Assembly (NCBI GenBank): GCA_035193785.1
Contig: CP136572.1
Location: forward strand, 448,001-512,000
Reading direction: 5' to 3'
Length of the DNA: 64,000 bases
Origin: Planktothrix sp. GU0601_MAG3
Lineage (GTDB): Bacteria; Cyanobacteriota; Cyanobacteriia; Cyanobacteriales; Microcoleaceae
Shown here: positions 1-12,255 of the stretch, piece by piece
Numbering within the stretch: the stretch's first letter is position 1
How the letters are laid out: each line of letters begins with the position of its first letter
Position numbers and translations under genes: made by a program
The notes under the pieces: model-generated
Told to the model about the DNA's origin: nothing
Seen by the model: only the letters and a program-made list of their open reading frames with translations
Database searches by the model: none

Positions 1-122
1 GCTTCTCCTTCTTCAAAAATAATATATTGGTCGGCAAACTGTTCGACGATTGCCAGTTTACAGAGTTGTTGAGCTTCGGGGAGATCAAAATAGCTAAGAA
101 ATCGGTGAGAGGATATATCCAT
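1..122 (-). CDS. 5' part of a cyclic-nucleotide-binding domain protein (runs off window)
   Basis: Manual translation MDISSHRFLSYFDLPEAQQLCKLAIVEQFADQYIIFEEGE resembles the start of a cNMP domain (IFxEGE). Confidence 0.6.
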   Translation of the reverse strand, partial: MDISSHRFLSYFDLPEAQQLCKLAIVEQFADQYIIFEEGE

Positions 123-278
123 TTTTATAAACCGGGTTATGATCAAAGATTAGGGAGATCTACCTTTGTGATGTTAATATTATGGGGATAGAAAGAGTTG
201 CGCACCTGAAAATAGAGTTATTCTAGGGTAGAAATGGCTTTTAGCAACTAGAATATTTGGACTTGATACTACTATAAA

Positions 279-788
279 TTATACCGTAGATGTTCCCAAT
301 ATTTGAGCCAAAGATGCTTGTAATATCGGGGGTAAACGACGCATAATTTTTCCAGTTTGTCCGTCGATAGGAACTAAGGTAACTTGGGCACTGAGATAAT
401 GGGATTGGCCATCTAGGGATTCAATCCGGTATTCCCAAGGCAGTCGCACCCCCTTAGTTGGTAGGATTCGACTTTTCACCACCACCTGCATTCCCATTTG
501 CACGGGTTTATGGTAGCGAATATTCAACTCGACAACGGGCAATTCGCAGCCCATTTCTACTAAGGTATGATACTCCAATCCCGCCAAACGTAACCGTTCT
601 ACCCTGGCTTCTTCCATCCAGGATAGATAGGTTCCATGCCAAACAATACCACCATAATCGGTGTGATGGGGAGAAACCCGCACAACATAGTCAAACCAAG
701 GGGTTGACGAGGGGACATCCGTTGAGGGTCGGGACTGGGGGAAGGGATTTGTTTCAAACACTTTACAAATATATTCAGAACGCAACAT
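279..788 (-). CDS. Acyl-CoA thioesterase, 4HBT/YbgC family
   Basis: HTDYGGIVWHGTYLSWMEEAR hotdog-fold motif; true start may be downstream. Confidence 0.85.
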   Translation of the reverse strand: MLRSEYICKVFETNPFPQSRPSTDVPSSTPWFDYVVRVSPHHTDYGGIVWHGTYLSWMEEARVERLRLAGLEYHTLVEMGCELPVVELNIRYHKPVQMGMQVVVKSRILPTKGVRLPWEYRIESLDGQSHYLSAQVTLVPIDGQTGKIMRRLPPILQASLAQILGTSTV

Positions 789-903
789 TTCTACAAATTA
801 TCTGTCAACCAGGGGGATTATTCTGGGTATTAAGACTGTTTAATCCGTCTTGGAAACCATTTGACCACCGATAAATCACCTATTTTAATCACAAGGAAAA
901 TCC

Positions 904-1759
904 ATGATAAAAAAAATTCTAGTTGCTGTTGCCGGTCGGGGATTATGCGAAGAAATGTTGAATATGATGTTGGATATTCCCTCTTTCCAGCAAGCATCGG
1001 TGACGCTTCTACACGTTGTTCCCCCTGAAATTAGCTCGGATATGATGTCGGAAAAGTTAACCGAAGCTGGAAAAATTCTAGCCCAAGCTGTTACCTCAAT
1101 TAAACTTGACCCCAAGCAAATTAATCCTCTACTCAAACAGGGTGATCCTAAAGATATCGTTTGTCAAGTGGCCAACGAGGAAGATGTGGATTTAATTATT
1201 ATGGGTTTCCCGGGGTTTAGGACGTCTACAAGCAATTCTGGAAAACTCCGTCAGTCAGTATGTGTTTCAATTAACCACTCGTCCCATGCTATTAGTCAAG
1301 GACGATACCTATGTTAAAAAACTGCGTAGAATCATGGTGGCGGTGGATAGTTCCCCCGCCTCTAAACAGTGTTTACAGTTAGCGATTTCCTTTGCCAAAG
1401 ATATCCCTGGAACTCAACTGATTTTAGTCCACATCAATAAGGATATATCTGGGAAATCTAGCGAAGATTTCACTAATAATGCCGAAAAAGATCCTATTTT
1501 AGCCCCGGCAATTGAAGAAGTAAAACGCATGGGCATCGGCTATCGTTGTGTTAGTGTAGTTGGTAAACCTGGCCCAGAATTGTGTCGAGTTGCTGAAGAA
1601 GTTAATGCTGATTTATTGATGTTAGGTTCCCCAGACCGTCGCCCCAACGTTGCCAAGAGTTTTATTGACTTAGACCGATTGTTGGGCAGTTCCCTCTCAG
1701 ATTATGTGCGGGTTTATGCTAACTGTCCGATTTTGTTAGCACGGACAACGGCTATATAA
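904..1759 (+). CDS. Universal stress protein, two USP domains (frameshift at 1205-1209)
   Basis: KKILVAV and RRIMVAVD starts; deleting one T from GTTTC restores MGSRGLGRLQAILENSVSQYVF. Confidence 0.9.
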
Positions 1760-1785
1760 TCTACTCTTAATTAATCAACAGAAGA

Positions 1786-1821
1786 AAAGCGCCACAGCCA
1801 GAGTCTGAAGGCGCTTTTTTT
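1786..1821. terminator. Probable bidirectional intrinsic terminator between the USP gene and psbM
   Basis: AAAAGCGCC...GGCGCTTTTTTT stem with A and T tracts between convergent genes. Confidence 0.6.
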
Positions 1822-1858
1822 GAATGAAAATTCAATCAAAATTTAGGAAAAAATGGTA

Positions 1859-1972
1859 TTAACCTTCTTCACCATCCCGACTTTGGGTTTGAATATACAG
1901 AATCAACAGAAAAACCGCAGGAACTGCCACGAACAAAATGCTGGCAACAAATCCTAAATCATTAACTTGCAT
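1859..1972 (-). CDS. psbM: Photosystem II reaction centre protein M
   Basis: Manual translation [37 protein letters not shown]. Confidence 0.95.
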   Translation of the reverse strand: MQVNDLGFVASILFVAVPAVFLLILYIQTQSRDGEEG

Positions 1973-2086
1973 AATTGCCCTACCTTAAGTTAAATGGAAA
2001 ATTCAAATACCCCTAGAATATCATTAATTGACGTTTTTGAATACATTGATCTTATATTGGGGAACAGGGAACAGGGAACAGAGTCC

Positions 2087-2152
2087 GAGAAACCGGGTTT
2101 TTAGAGAATATGTGGGTCACAACAAAGTATTTTCGTAAAAAAACCCGGTTTC
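2087..2152. repeat. Dispersed inverted repeat AGAAACCGGGTTT...AAACCCGGTTTCT
   Basis: Palindromic arms; related copy at 9636-9702. Confidence 0.7.
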
Positions 2153-2186
2153 TTTGGTTGGGTGCGTAAGTCCTGTACTTAACAAC

Positions 2187-2774
2187 TTACCAAATTGAGG
2201 TTAAATCTAATATAAAACCGGGCAAAATATCCTCCCCGGAAACTTGGTTAGGATGTTCCAAGATTTCCACCCCTTGATGTAAACGATAAACTTCAATTTG
2301 TTGCTGTTTCCGATTGATTAACCAGCCTAATTTTGCCCCATTCTCTTGATATTCTTGCATTTTTTGACGGGCTTTTTCTAAACTATCACTCGGAGACATT
2401 AATTCCACCACAAAATCAGGACACAAAGGTACAAATTTATCCTGTTGTTCGGGTGTTAAAGATTCCCAACGTTCTCGACTTACCCAGGAGGCATCGGGAG
2501 CGCGGTCAGCACCATTCGGCAGGGTAAAACCCGTATTAGAATCAAAAACTTCACCTAAACGGGTTTTTGAATTCCATAAATCAAGTTGAGTGGTAATTTT
2601 AACATTACGTTTCCCCGTATTCCCTCCCGTTGGCGGCATAATAATTAACTCTCCTGAGTTCGTGCGTTCAAATTGAAAATCATGATTTTCTTGACACAAT
2701 TGCCAAAATTGTTCCGGGGTTAAATCAAGTTTTAATTTTAAAATTGGCGGTAAGGTCAGAATATTGGTTTCCAT
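2187..2774 (-). CDS. Uma2/DUF820 family endonuclease
   Basis: FERTNSGELIIMPP, APDASWV, CPDFVVELMSPSD and GAKLGWLI motifs. Confidence 0.92.
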   Translation of the reverse strand: METNILTLPPILKLKLDLTPEQFWQLCQENHDFQFERTNSGELIIMPPTGGNTGKRNVKITTQLDLWNSKTRLGEVFDSNTGFTLPNGADRAPDASWVSRERWESLTPEQQDKFVPLCPDFVVELMSPSDSLEKARQKMQEYQENGAKLGWLINRKQQQIEVYRLHQGVEILEHPNQVSGEDILPGFILDLTSIW

Positions 2775-3055
2775 AATTATTTGTTCTAAATTTCCTATTT
2801 TTCCAAAAGCTATTGCCCATTGCCCATTCCCTATTCCCTGATTACATTATATAATAGGGCATATCAAAATAGACTGTCATAATGAACAAACTCATCTCTA
2901 GTCAAGGTTAATTTTTGTAACAAAACTGAGCAGAGATTTAGGTTTTTTCCCATTTTGGAAGCTCAAACATAAACTAAAATTAAATCTTCTGGAATATTCT
3001 GGAATTTTGATAAAAATATCTGTTATTACAGAAGAAACTATCATAACCGAATCCG

Positions 3056-6000
3056 ATGATAAATTCTAGCCGATTTCGCTTAATTCGCAAGCGGTTTGTC
3101 TTCGTTTTTCTATTTATATTAACCTTGGTGGGATGCCGAATTATCAGTAATGCCCCCGTTAGCGAAGTCATCCCGATGATTGCTGACTTACCCAAACCGC
3201 AACTTCCAGAATGGATTGAAACAATTAATCCCCTGGGTGAGAGTCCAGAATTAAGTCAAATTCATGTTATTTTTAAACAGCCTTTAATTCCCCTAGAAAG
3301 TTTAGATAGTTCAGGACAAAAACAACTCCTGAATAACTTTGAAATCATCCCAAAAATACCCGGTGAGTTTAGATTTTTAACCCCTAGAATGGTAGGATTT
3401 CAAGCCGATAAAGCCCTACCCTTAGCCACTCGTTTACAAGTTACTATAAAAAAAGGATTAGCTGATTTAAACAAAAATCAATTAGACCAGGATATCGCCT
3501 GGACATTTGCCACCGAACCAATTAAATTATCTAATTTACCCGGAAGTAAAGAAGAACCTGGTTCTCCAGAAAATCCCATAGGATTAAATCCCGAACTCAA
3601 ATTTAATTCCAACGTAGAATTAGATTTAACCTCCTTAAAAGAACACTTACAACTAATTTCTCAAGCAACTAATCAAGTAGTTCCTGTAGAGGTTAAAATC
3701 GCCCAACCAGAAGACAATCAAACCCCGATTAACCCTCGAACTCAATTCAATCGAGCTAATCAAACCCAGGAATATATTGTTACTCCCAAACAACCATTAA
3801 AAACCGCTACTAAATATCAATTTAAAATCACACCCGGGTTACGTCCAGTTCAAGGAAATTTAGAAACCCAAGTTGAGATTTCCAGCCCAATTCAAACCTA
3901 TGATACTTTAAAATTTGTTAGTTTAGAACTTCCGGGCAAAGCTTCAGAAGAGGGAACATCGGGAAGATTTGTCACCGGAAACCCGCAACTACAATTTAAC
4001 AATGGAATTATTGCCGAATCAGCCCTAAAAAATATTACCATCAAACCAGCACCCAAACCCGATATTAAAGCCATTCAAGCCTATAATGATTATGAGCGAG
4101 TTACCATCAATCCTTGGGCTTTAGAACCCCAAACTAATTATACGATTACTATTGGTGCAGAAGTTGAAGATAAATTTAACCAAAAATTAGGAAAACCCGT
4201 TACCGTTAGTTATAAAACTGGTGATTTAACCCCGGATATTTCCGTACCTTCGGGATTAAATATTTTTCCCTCCCAACAAAATTTAGAACTAAATATTTCC
4301 ACCTTAAATTTACCCGAATCTAAATATCAGGCTACTTATCAAGTTGTACAACCCACGGATTTAGTTTATACTGATACGGCTTATCCGAGAGACGATGGTA
4401 GAAAAAATCTATTACTTCCCAAGGAAAAATGGACGACTTTTGCTGTTCCTAACCCGAAAAATAACATTCAAGAAACCTCAATCAATTTAAGAGAAAAATT
4501 AGGAGGAAATACGGGAATGTTAGCCTACGGAGTGACGGCTAAAACCACCCGTTATCAACAGGAAGGCGAACAAAAATGGAGTGAGCCTCAATTTAATGGT
4601 TTAGTACAATTAACTAATTTAGGAGTATTTGCCCAATGGTTTCCCGAGTCAGGAATGGTGCGGGTCAATCACTTAGATAATGGCTCCGTTGTTGAAGGAG
4701 CAACCGTTGAAATTTATGCCTCTCAACTCGATGCCAAATCCTATCCTAAACCTCAAATTTGTGCCACCGGAATTACCGATAATCAAGGCATATTATGGTT
4801 AAATTCTCAGCAATTAAAACAATGTATGCAGGGGGAAAGATTTGCCAAAGCACCGGAATTATTAGTCATTGCTAAAGAAGGTAAAGATTGGGCATTTACC
4901 CGCACATTATCCTATAGTGGAGCCTATGGATATGGAATTGATGCCAATTGGGAAGACCAAAAAACCCTATCCCGGGGAGTAATTTTTTCAGACCGTCAAC
5001 TGTATCAACCAGGTGAAAAAGTTGCCTTAACAGGTGTCACCTATTCCCTAGAAAATGGGACGTTAAAACCGAATAAAAATCAAAGTTACACGGTGACATT
5101 AGAAAATCCTAAAAAACAAAAGCGAGAATTAGGAGATTATCAAAGCAATGAATTTGCTACATTTTCTGTAGAATTTTCTTTAGAAGCAAACCAACCTTTA
5201 GGAAATTATATTATTCGGGCAAAAGACAAAAATGGAGTAGAGTTTTTAGGTAATTTCCGCGTTGCTGAATTTAAACCACCTAATTTTAAAGTATCCCTAA
5301 ATTTAGATCAAAAATTTGCCCAAATTGGAGATAAAATTACGGCAAATGCTCAGAGTGAATATCTATTTGGTTCTCCCGTCGCCGACGGTATACTGCTAAA
5401 TATTATGTAACTCGGAGTGCGACGGATTTTATTCCGAAAGTATGGGAAAATTATTCCTTTGGTCGTCAATGGTTTTGGCCGGAAGAAAAACCCAATGTTT
5501 CTGATAGTGTGTTACAGGAAAATCAACAGTTAGATGCTCAAGGTCAGGGGAGCAAAACCATCACCGTAGCTAAGGATTTACCCTACCCTATGACCTATCG
5601 AGTTGATGTAGAAGTGAGCGATATTTCTAATTTATCCGTTGCTGATTCTCAGTCTTTTACCGCCCTTCCCAGTGACCGTTTTATTGGGTTAAAAACTCCA
5701 TTTATTGCCGAAGCGGGTAAGGCATTTCCTATTGAGATGATTGTCACCGATATTCAAGGAAAACCCCTAGAAAATATTGGGGTAAATTTGCAACTGCAAA
5801 AAATGGATTATAGCCAAGTAACGCGAGTTATTGAAGGAGCACGAACCCCTAAAAATCAAATTCAATATCAAACTGTTGCTCAAGTTGATGTTAAGTCGGG
5901 TCAGAAGGAACAAACCATTGATTTAACTGCTCCAGAGTCCGGTTCGTATCGAATTCGAGCTAATTTTAGTGATGGAAATAGTGAAATTACAGCCACGGAT

Positions 6001-8794
6001 TTACAAATTTGGGTCACGGGGAATGAATTAGTCTATTGGGGGGGAGAGGAAAACCAATTAACAATTAAACTGAATAAAACCACCTATAAACCAGGGGAAA
6101 CTGCAACCGCTTTAATTCAATCTCCCTATCCCGAAGGAGAATTATATTTTGCCGTGGTACGGGATAAACCTCTTTATGAAAAGTTAATTAAAGTTCAAGG
6201 AGGTGCGCCAGAAATTCAGTTTCAAGTCACCCCAGAAATGTTACCAAATGCGGCAGTTGAAGCGGTATTAGTGCGACAAGGAAAGCCGATTTCCGAACTC
6301 GAACCAGGGAGTTTAGAAAACCTAGCTAAAATTGGATTCACGCCTTTTAAAATTAACTTAGAAGATCAATATTTGCAAGTGCAAGTTAATCCCCAAAAAG
6401 CAGAGCTAGAACCAGGTTCTGAACAGACCTTAAACCTAACTTTAACTGATAGTAAAAATCAACCTATTCGCGGACAATTAACCGTGATGGTGGTCAATGA
6501 TTCAGTTTTACAACTCAATGGTTATCGACCTCCAAATTTAGTAGAAACGGTCTATGCAGAACAACCAATTTCCACAAGATTTAGTGATAATCGTCCGGCG
6601 GTTATTTTAAATCAATTAGCCTCTGCTTTAGAAAAAGGTTGGGGTTATGGAGGCGGTTTATCTACTGCTACAGCTAATACTAGAATTCGCAAAGATTTTC
6701 AGGCTTTAGCATTTTATAATGGTTCAATTATTACCGACAATCAAGGAAAAGCCAAGGTTAATTTCAAACTTCCTGATGATTTAACTACCTGGCGAGTGAT
6801 GGTAGTAGCAACGGATGGAAACCAAAAATTTGGTTCTTCTGAAACTACATTTATGACCACCCAAGCATTAATATCTAATCCGATTTTACCCCAATTTGCC
6901 CGTCCTGGCGATCGCATTTTAGCCGGATTATCAATTACCAATTTAACCGAAGAAAAGGGCAAATTAAATATTACGGGAACTGTTAACGGTGGGATTCAAT
7001 TTTCCCCTGGAAATGCCAATCAACAAACCTTAAAAACCAATGCAGAAGCCGGAACAAATGCCTATCGCTTTCCTATTTTAGTTAAACAAGCGGGGGAGGC
7101 TAAAGTTCAATTTACAACGGAATTTAACGGTAAATCCGATGGGTTTGAAGTCCCTTTAACGGTTAAAACTTTTGACGTAAATGAACAGGTAATTGAGTCA
7201 GGGCGGACAACAAACTCCGTCACAATTCCCCTGAATATTAGTAAAAAAGTTGTTCCCGATTTCGGAGGATTAGATATTAATTTAGCGAGTACCCTAATTC
7301 CCCAACTAACTGCTTCTGCTCAACAGGTATTTAATCGAGAGAAATGGCCGTTTCTTGAACCTGCGGTCAGTGAATTAATTATCGCTGCTAATATGCAGAT
7401 TTTGGGTAAAAAATACGGTCAAAATTTCAACAGTTTGCAGTTACCCGAACGGGCTAAAACCGCTTTAACAGATATTAAAACACTGCAACAGGAAGATGGT
7501 GGAATTACAGCCTATCCCGGTTCAAGAGTCTCTAGTCCTTTCCTTTCCGCCTATACAGGAGAAGCCTTAGCTCAAGCTCAAAACGCCGGGTTTTCGGTTG
7601 ATTCTGAGTTGATTAATTCTCTAAAAACCTATTTAACTCAAGGCGTAAATGACCCCCTAAAATATGATTTTTGTAGCGATGAAATTTGCAAAAATCAAAT
7701 CCGTTTAAATGCCTTAATTGCTTTAGACGCCCTGGGAGAAAAACGCAGTGATTTCTTAGATGATATCTTGCAAAATTTTGATCAATTTGATCAAGTTACC
7801 CAGATTAAATTTGTACAATATTTATCTCAATTTCCCCAATGGAAAGACGAATATAATCGTCTATTTGAACAAGTGCAAAAACAGATTTATGTCACGGGAA
7901 GAAACTGCAACCCTACCTCAAGGTTATAGTTGGTTAAATTCTGCCACAACTATTCAATCCCAAGGGTTGCGTTTATTGTTAACTAAAAATCCCCAATCTG
8001 CCACCGTTGATAAGCTGGTAGAAAGTTTATTAAATCTGCGTCGAGATGGAACTTGGGGAGGTAGTTATGATAACGCCCAGGCGTTAACAGCTTTAACTGC
8101 ATATAGTCAAACTGAGGCGACACCACCTAACTTTAATGTAGCGATTACTTTAGCAAATCAACTGTTAGGAGAAACTCAATTTAAAGGGTATAAAGATTCT
8201 AGTTTTAGTTTGAATATACCCATGTCGGAATTACCCAAAGGCAAAAATGATTTAATTTTAGAACCGTCCAATCAAGGTAAATTAAATTATTGGGTCGCCT
8301 ATCGTTATCGTTTAGAAGGGAATCAACCCGGACGTTTAAATGGGTTAAGAATTACCCGCACAATTCGCCCTGCTAATGAGGATAAAATCCTAAAAACAAT
8401 TGACTTAAATTCCCCCAAAGATCTGCTCAAGGTATCACCCGGACAAGTGTTTGATATCGGTTTAGATATTATTACCGATCATCCCGTTAATCAGGTGATG
8501 ATTACCGATCCACTTCCCGCCGGATTTGAAGCCATTGATGCTAGTTTTAAAACCAGTAATTTGGCAGTACAAGCCCAAGAAAGTAGTTGGCAAATTGACT
8601 ATCAAACGGTTCATAATGACCGAATTACAGCCTATAGCGATGGCTTAGAACCGGGGATTTATCAACTACATTATTTAGTTCGTTCTGTTACTCCTGGGGA
8701 ATATTTATGGCCGGGTGCAGAAGCGAAATTACAACATACTCCCGAAGAATTTGGTCGCAGTGCATCGACAACTTTATTGGTTTCTAAACCTTAG
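3056..8794 (+). CDS. Bacterial alpha-2-macroglobulin family lipoprotein (frameshifts at 5388 and 7901)
   Basis: Lipobox LVGC, DRQLYQPGE, FRVAEFKPP, LPDDLTTWRVM, DPLPAGFE; three ORF pieces join after motif-specific corrections. Confidence 0.9.
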
Positions 8795-8798
8795 TTGA

Positions 8799-8910
8799 GA
8801 TCCCCCTAAATCCCCCTTAATAAGGGGGACTAAGATCGCCATAAATCCTCGTTAATAAGGGGGACTTTGAAATCCGGTTCCCCCATTTTTAAGGGGGGTT
8901 AGGGGGGATC
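8799..8910. repeat. Palindromic dispersed repeat CCCCCTAAATCCCCCTTAA...TTAAGGGGGGTTAGGGGGG
   Basis: Nested inverted repeats; shorter relative near 13668-13706. Confidence 0.7.
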
Positions 8911-8993
8911 ATCTGACAAAAAAATATTTTAATAAAGCAGAAAAAATGGTAAAATAAAAATAATTTCAAACCACAGGATAAGGAAGCAAATCA

Positions 8994-9657
8994 ATGTCTG
9001 TGATCGCAGTAATTGACTATGATATGGGGAATTTGCACTCCGTTTGCAAAGGCTTAGAAAAAGCCGGGGTAAAACCTCAAGTTACTGACTCAGCTACAAT
9101 TATTAAAAATGCTGATGCGGTTGTATTACCTGGGGTGGGCTCCTTTGACCCCGCCATGCAACATTTGCGATCGCGGAATTTAATTGAACCAATTCAAGAT
9201 ATAATTGCTTCCGGTATTCCCTTTTTAGGGATTTGTTTAGGGCTACAAATTCTGTTTGAATCTTCAGAAGAAGGTCAAGAAAAGGGGTTAGGAATATTCC
9301 CGGGAAACTGTGCGCCGTTTTCAGTCCGAACCTGGGTTAACTATACCCCATATTGGTTGGAATCAACTATCTTTAACTCAACCTGATTTACCCCTGTGGA
9401 AAACCATTGGTTCCCAACCTTGGGTTTATTTTGTCCATTCCTATTATGTTGATCCAACTGATAGCAATTTAACCGCCGCTACAATTCAACATGGGAGTCA
9501 AATTATTACGGCTGCGATCGCCAAAGATAACGTGATGGCGGTACAATTTCACCCAGAAAAATCCTCCAACGCCGGACTTAAAATTCTCGATAATTTTGTC
9601 GAATTAGTTCAAGGTAAACCTCAAAACTTTGAGATGAGAAACCGGGTTTCTGTATAA
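8994..9657 (+). CDS. hisH: Imidazole glycerol phosphate synthase glutaminase subunit (frameshift at 9304)
   Basis: IDYDMGNL, GICLGLQ, YFVHSY, QFHPEKS. Confidence 0.95.
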
Positions 9658-9725
9658 ATCTTGGGGATAAAATCAAAATTTCGGCTTGAGAAACCCAGTT
9701 TCTGATTCATTGGAGGAATAATTTT

Positions 9726-10268
9726 TTGAGTTTAAGAATATATGGAAACCGCCTATTAAAAACCCTACCCGGACAAGAAACTAGACCCACATTAGCCAGG
9801 GTAAGGGAAGCAGTTTTTAATATTTGGCAAGGTAAAATAAAAGGCTGTTGCTGGTTGGATTTATGCACAGGTAGTGGTTCAATGGGAGCCGAAGCATTAT
9901 GTCGGGGGGCGGCGGTTGTAATCGGGATTGAACAACATGGGAAAGCCTGTAAAGTAATCCAAGAAAATTGGCAAACCATGGCGGATTCTTCCCAAACAAT
10001 TCAAGTAATTAGAGGAGATATTTTAGGAAAGTTAAAGATATTATCGGGAAAAAAATTTGATTGTATTTATTTTGATCCGCCCTATAATAGCAATCTTTAT
10101 CAACCCGTATTAGAAGCAATATCCCAATATCAACTCCTATCTGATAACGGAGAAATTGCCGTAGAACATCATCCCCATCGTTGGCAAATCCAACCAATTA
10201 TAAACTTAGAAATTTGTCGAGAAAAAACCTACGGCAATTGTGCTTTAACGTTTTATTGTTTAAAATAA
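9726..10268 (+). CDS. rsmD: 16S rRNA m2G966 methyltransferase
   Basis: TRPT..RVREAVFN, LDLCTGSGSMGAEAL, FDPPY. Confidence 0.9.
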   Translation: MSLRIYGNRLLKTLPGQETRPTLARVREAVFNIWQGKIKGCCWLDLCTGSGSMGAEALCRGAAVVIGIEQHGKACKVIQENWQTMADSSQTIQVIRGDILGKLKILSGKKFDCIYFDPPYNSNLYQPVLEAISQYQLLSDNGEIAVEHHPHRWQIQPIINLEICREKTYGNCALTFYCLK

Positions 10269-10272
10269 TAAA

Positions 10273-10443
10273 CACGGATTTAAGAAGATTACGCAGATTA
10301 ACACAGATTAAAATCCGTGAAATCCGTGAAATCCTCTTAAATCCGTGATCCCCATTACCACCCACGGATTGAAGACGATTACGCAGATTAACACAGATTA
10401 AAATCCGTGAAATCCGTGAAATCCTCTTAAATCCGTGATCCCT
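10273..10443. repeat. Two tandem copies (90-bp period) of a CACGGATT/AATCCGTG palindromic element
   Basis: Direct duplication visible; inverted relative at 54555-54765. Confidence 0.85.
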
Positions 10444-10458
10444 ATTATTGGAGTTTTT

Positions 10459-11419
10459 ATGTCCTACGAAAAAGAAAAACAAATTGCCATTGCAGCCACA
10501 TTAAGCGCCTGGAAACTGTGTGAAAGAGTGCGGGAAAATATTCCCCAAGCGATGGAAAAAATTGATAAAAGTCCGGTCACAGTTGCCGATTATGGCTCCC
10601 AAGCAATTATTTGTAAAGCCTTAGCAGAAGCATTCCCCCATGATCCCGTTGTCGGGGAAGAAGATGCAACGGAATTACAAACCCCAGAAATGGCGGAAAA
10701 CCTAGCCAAAATTACCCAATACGTCCAAGAAATTATTCCCGATGCTACTTCAGAAACAAATTATAAATTGGATTAATCAAGGGAATGGCAAGGTTGAAAA
10801 AAGGTTTTGGACATTAGACCCAATTGATGGCACAAAAGGCTTTTTAAGACGGGATCAATATGCGATCGCCTTGGCTTTAATTGAAGATGGAGAGGTGAAA
10901 GTTGGGGTGATGGGATGCCCAGCTTATCCAGTGGAAAATCATCAACCTGGGGCCTTATTTGTGGCGGTTAGGGGACAGGGATCAACGATGTTAATTCCGG
11001 CAACTGGGGAAGAAATTTCGATTCAAGTTGTAGCTGAAAATGATATGGAAAATCTGCGATTTGTAGGCAGTATTGAAGCCAGTCATGGTGATATTGAACG
11101 CCAGGATGCTGTGGCTAAAGCAGTGGGAATTATTGCCCCAGCAGTTAAGATGGATTCCCAGGCAAAATATGGGGCGGTGGCGTCTGGAAAAGCGGCCTTA
11201 TATTTGCGACTTCCCTCTCCTAAAACCCCTAATTATCGGGAGAATATTTGGGATCATGCGGCGGGGGCAATTGTAGTAGAAGAAGCGGGGGGACGGGTGA
11301 GCGATATGTTGGGTAAACCTTTGGATTTTGCCTCTAATCCTAAGATGTTAGATAACCGGGGAATTATTGTTAGTAATGGAATTATTCATAATACGGTTTT
11401 AGCGGTATTGAATCAATAA
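10459..11419 (+). CDS. 3'(2'),5'-bisphosphate nucleotidase, HAL2/CysQ family (frameshift at 10753)
   Basis: DKSPVTVADY, VGEED, WTLDPIDGTKGF, ENIWDHAAG. Confidence 0.9.
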
Positions 11420-11555
11420 ATTAGTCGATCTTCTGAGGCGATTACTTTTGCGATTCCAAGTTTGAATCATCTGTGTAAAGGTTTTACGGGTTTGATGCAG
11501 GGGTGAAATATTGTTTGGGCTAACGGTTTTTCCCTGCCTCGCAAACCCCCCCCTA

Positions 11556-11681
11556 GTCGCTTCTATTCTTGGAAGCGAAATTAATGGAAACCGTGATTTT
11601 TGCACACAATAAAAAAAACAACTTATACCCTTGACATTGAGTGTGGTTACTTCTATTCTTGGAAGTGGAATTAATGTAAAC
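11556..11681 (+). CRISPR. Orphan CRISPR mini-array: two 36-nt repeats and one 54-nt spacer, no cas genes in the window
   Basis: GTCGCTTCTATTCTTGGAAGCGAAATTAATGGAAAC (11556-11591) and GTTACTTCTATTCTTGGAAGTGGAATTAATGTAAAC (11646-11681); internal hairpin and GAAAC-type 3' end. Confidence 0.75.
11631..11659 (+). promoter_or_regulatory. Sigma70-like promoter TTGACA-N17-TATTCT spanning the spacer and repeat 2
   Basis: TTGACA 11631-11636, TATTCT 11654-11659, about 45 nt upstream of ATG 11705. Confidence 0.5.
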
Positions 11682-11704
11682 TCAGGGTGAATTCTAACAA
11701 ACAA

Positions 11705-12148
11705 ATGAGTACATACCACAAAATACAGATCGCACTGGGGACAATTCTTCTGTGGTCATCTGCATCAGTCAGCAGCTTTGCTGTTACCAACACCATCACC
11801 GCCGAAAAGTTTCAGTCAGATGCGGTGAAACTTCCTGTTCAAAGTATTCCGGTTAGACCGTTAAATTCAACACTAGCTCCTAATTTAATTGCTGGCCAGA
11901 TGAGGGATATGTTCCGTCAAATACCTCCAGTATCTAACCTGTTCGCAAAATTTGACGAGATATGGAAGAATCCAGCAGACAGGAAGAAAAATTTATTTGA
12001 TCACTGCAACACTCAAAAAAACTTCTCAGTTGATCAATGTTTTAGTTTGCTAAGGATATGGGCAGAAGATCAAATGGAGACTCAAGAATTTCAAAACATT
12101 GATGAACTGGAAAATATAAGTGATGAGGTAGTTAAAATGCGGCAATAG
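11705..12148 (+). CDS. Hypothetical secreted protein
   Basis: N-terminal signal-peptide-like segment (IALGTILLWSSASVSSFA); no recognised domain; ORF track start is 11687. Confidence 0.6.
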   Translation: MSTYHKIQIALGTILLWSSASVSSFAVTNTITAEKFQSDAVKLPVQSIPVRPLNSTLAPNLIAGQMRDMFRQIPPVSNLFAKFDEIWKNPADRKKNLFDHCNTQKNFSVDQCFSLLRIWAEDQMETQEFQNIDELENISDEVVKMRQ

Positions 12149-12162
12149 TAACATTCATTTTT

Positions 12163-12210
12163 TTAAACCTCTGTAGATACTTCCTATGGCACGTCTCTAC
12201 AGAGGTTTAA
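12163..12210. repeat. REP-like hairpin of the GTAGAGACG...CGTCTCTAC family with extended arms
   Basis: TTAAACCTCTGTAGA...TCTACAGAGGTTTAA inverted repeat between convergent genes. Confidence 0.75.
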
Positions 12211-12255
12211 CCTTTGATATAATAGTCTCCCTGTCAGACTAAATCAGATAACTTT

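Noticed and set aside
10198..10482. 94-aa minus-strand ORF with duplicated peptide
   Set aside because: Translation of the 90-bp tandem DNA repeat.
11399..11719. 106-aa minus-strand ORF across the CRISPR repeats
   Set aside because: Its repeated peptide derives from the repeats; no other coding evidence.
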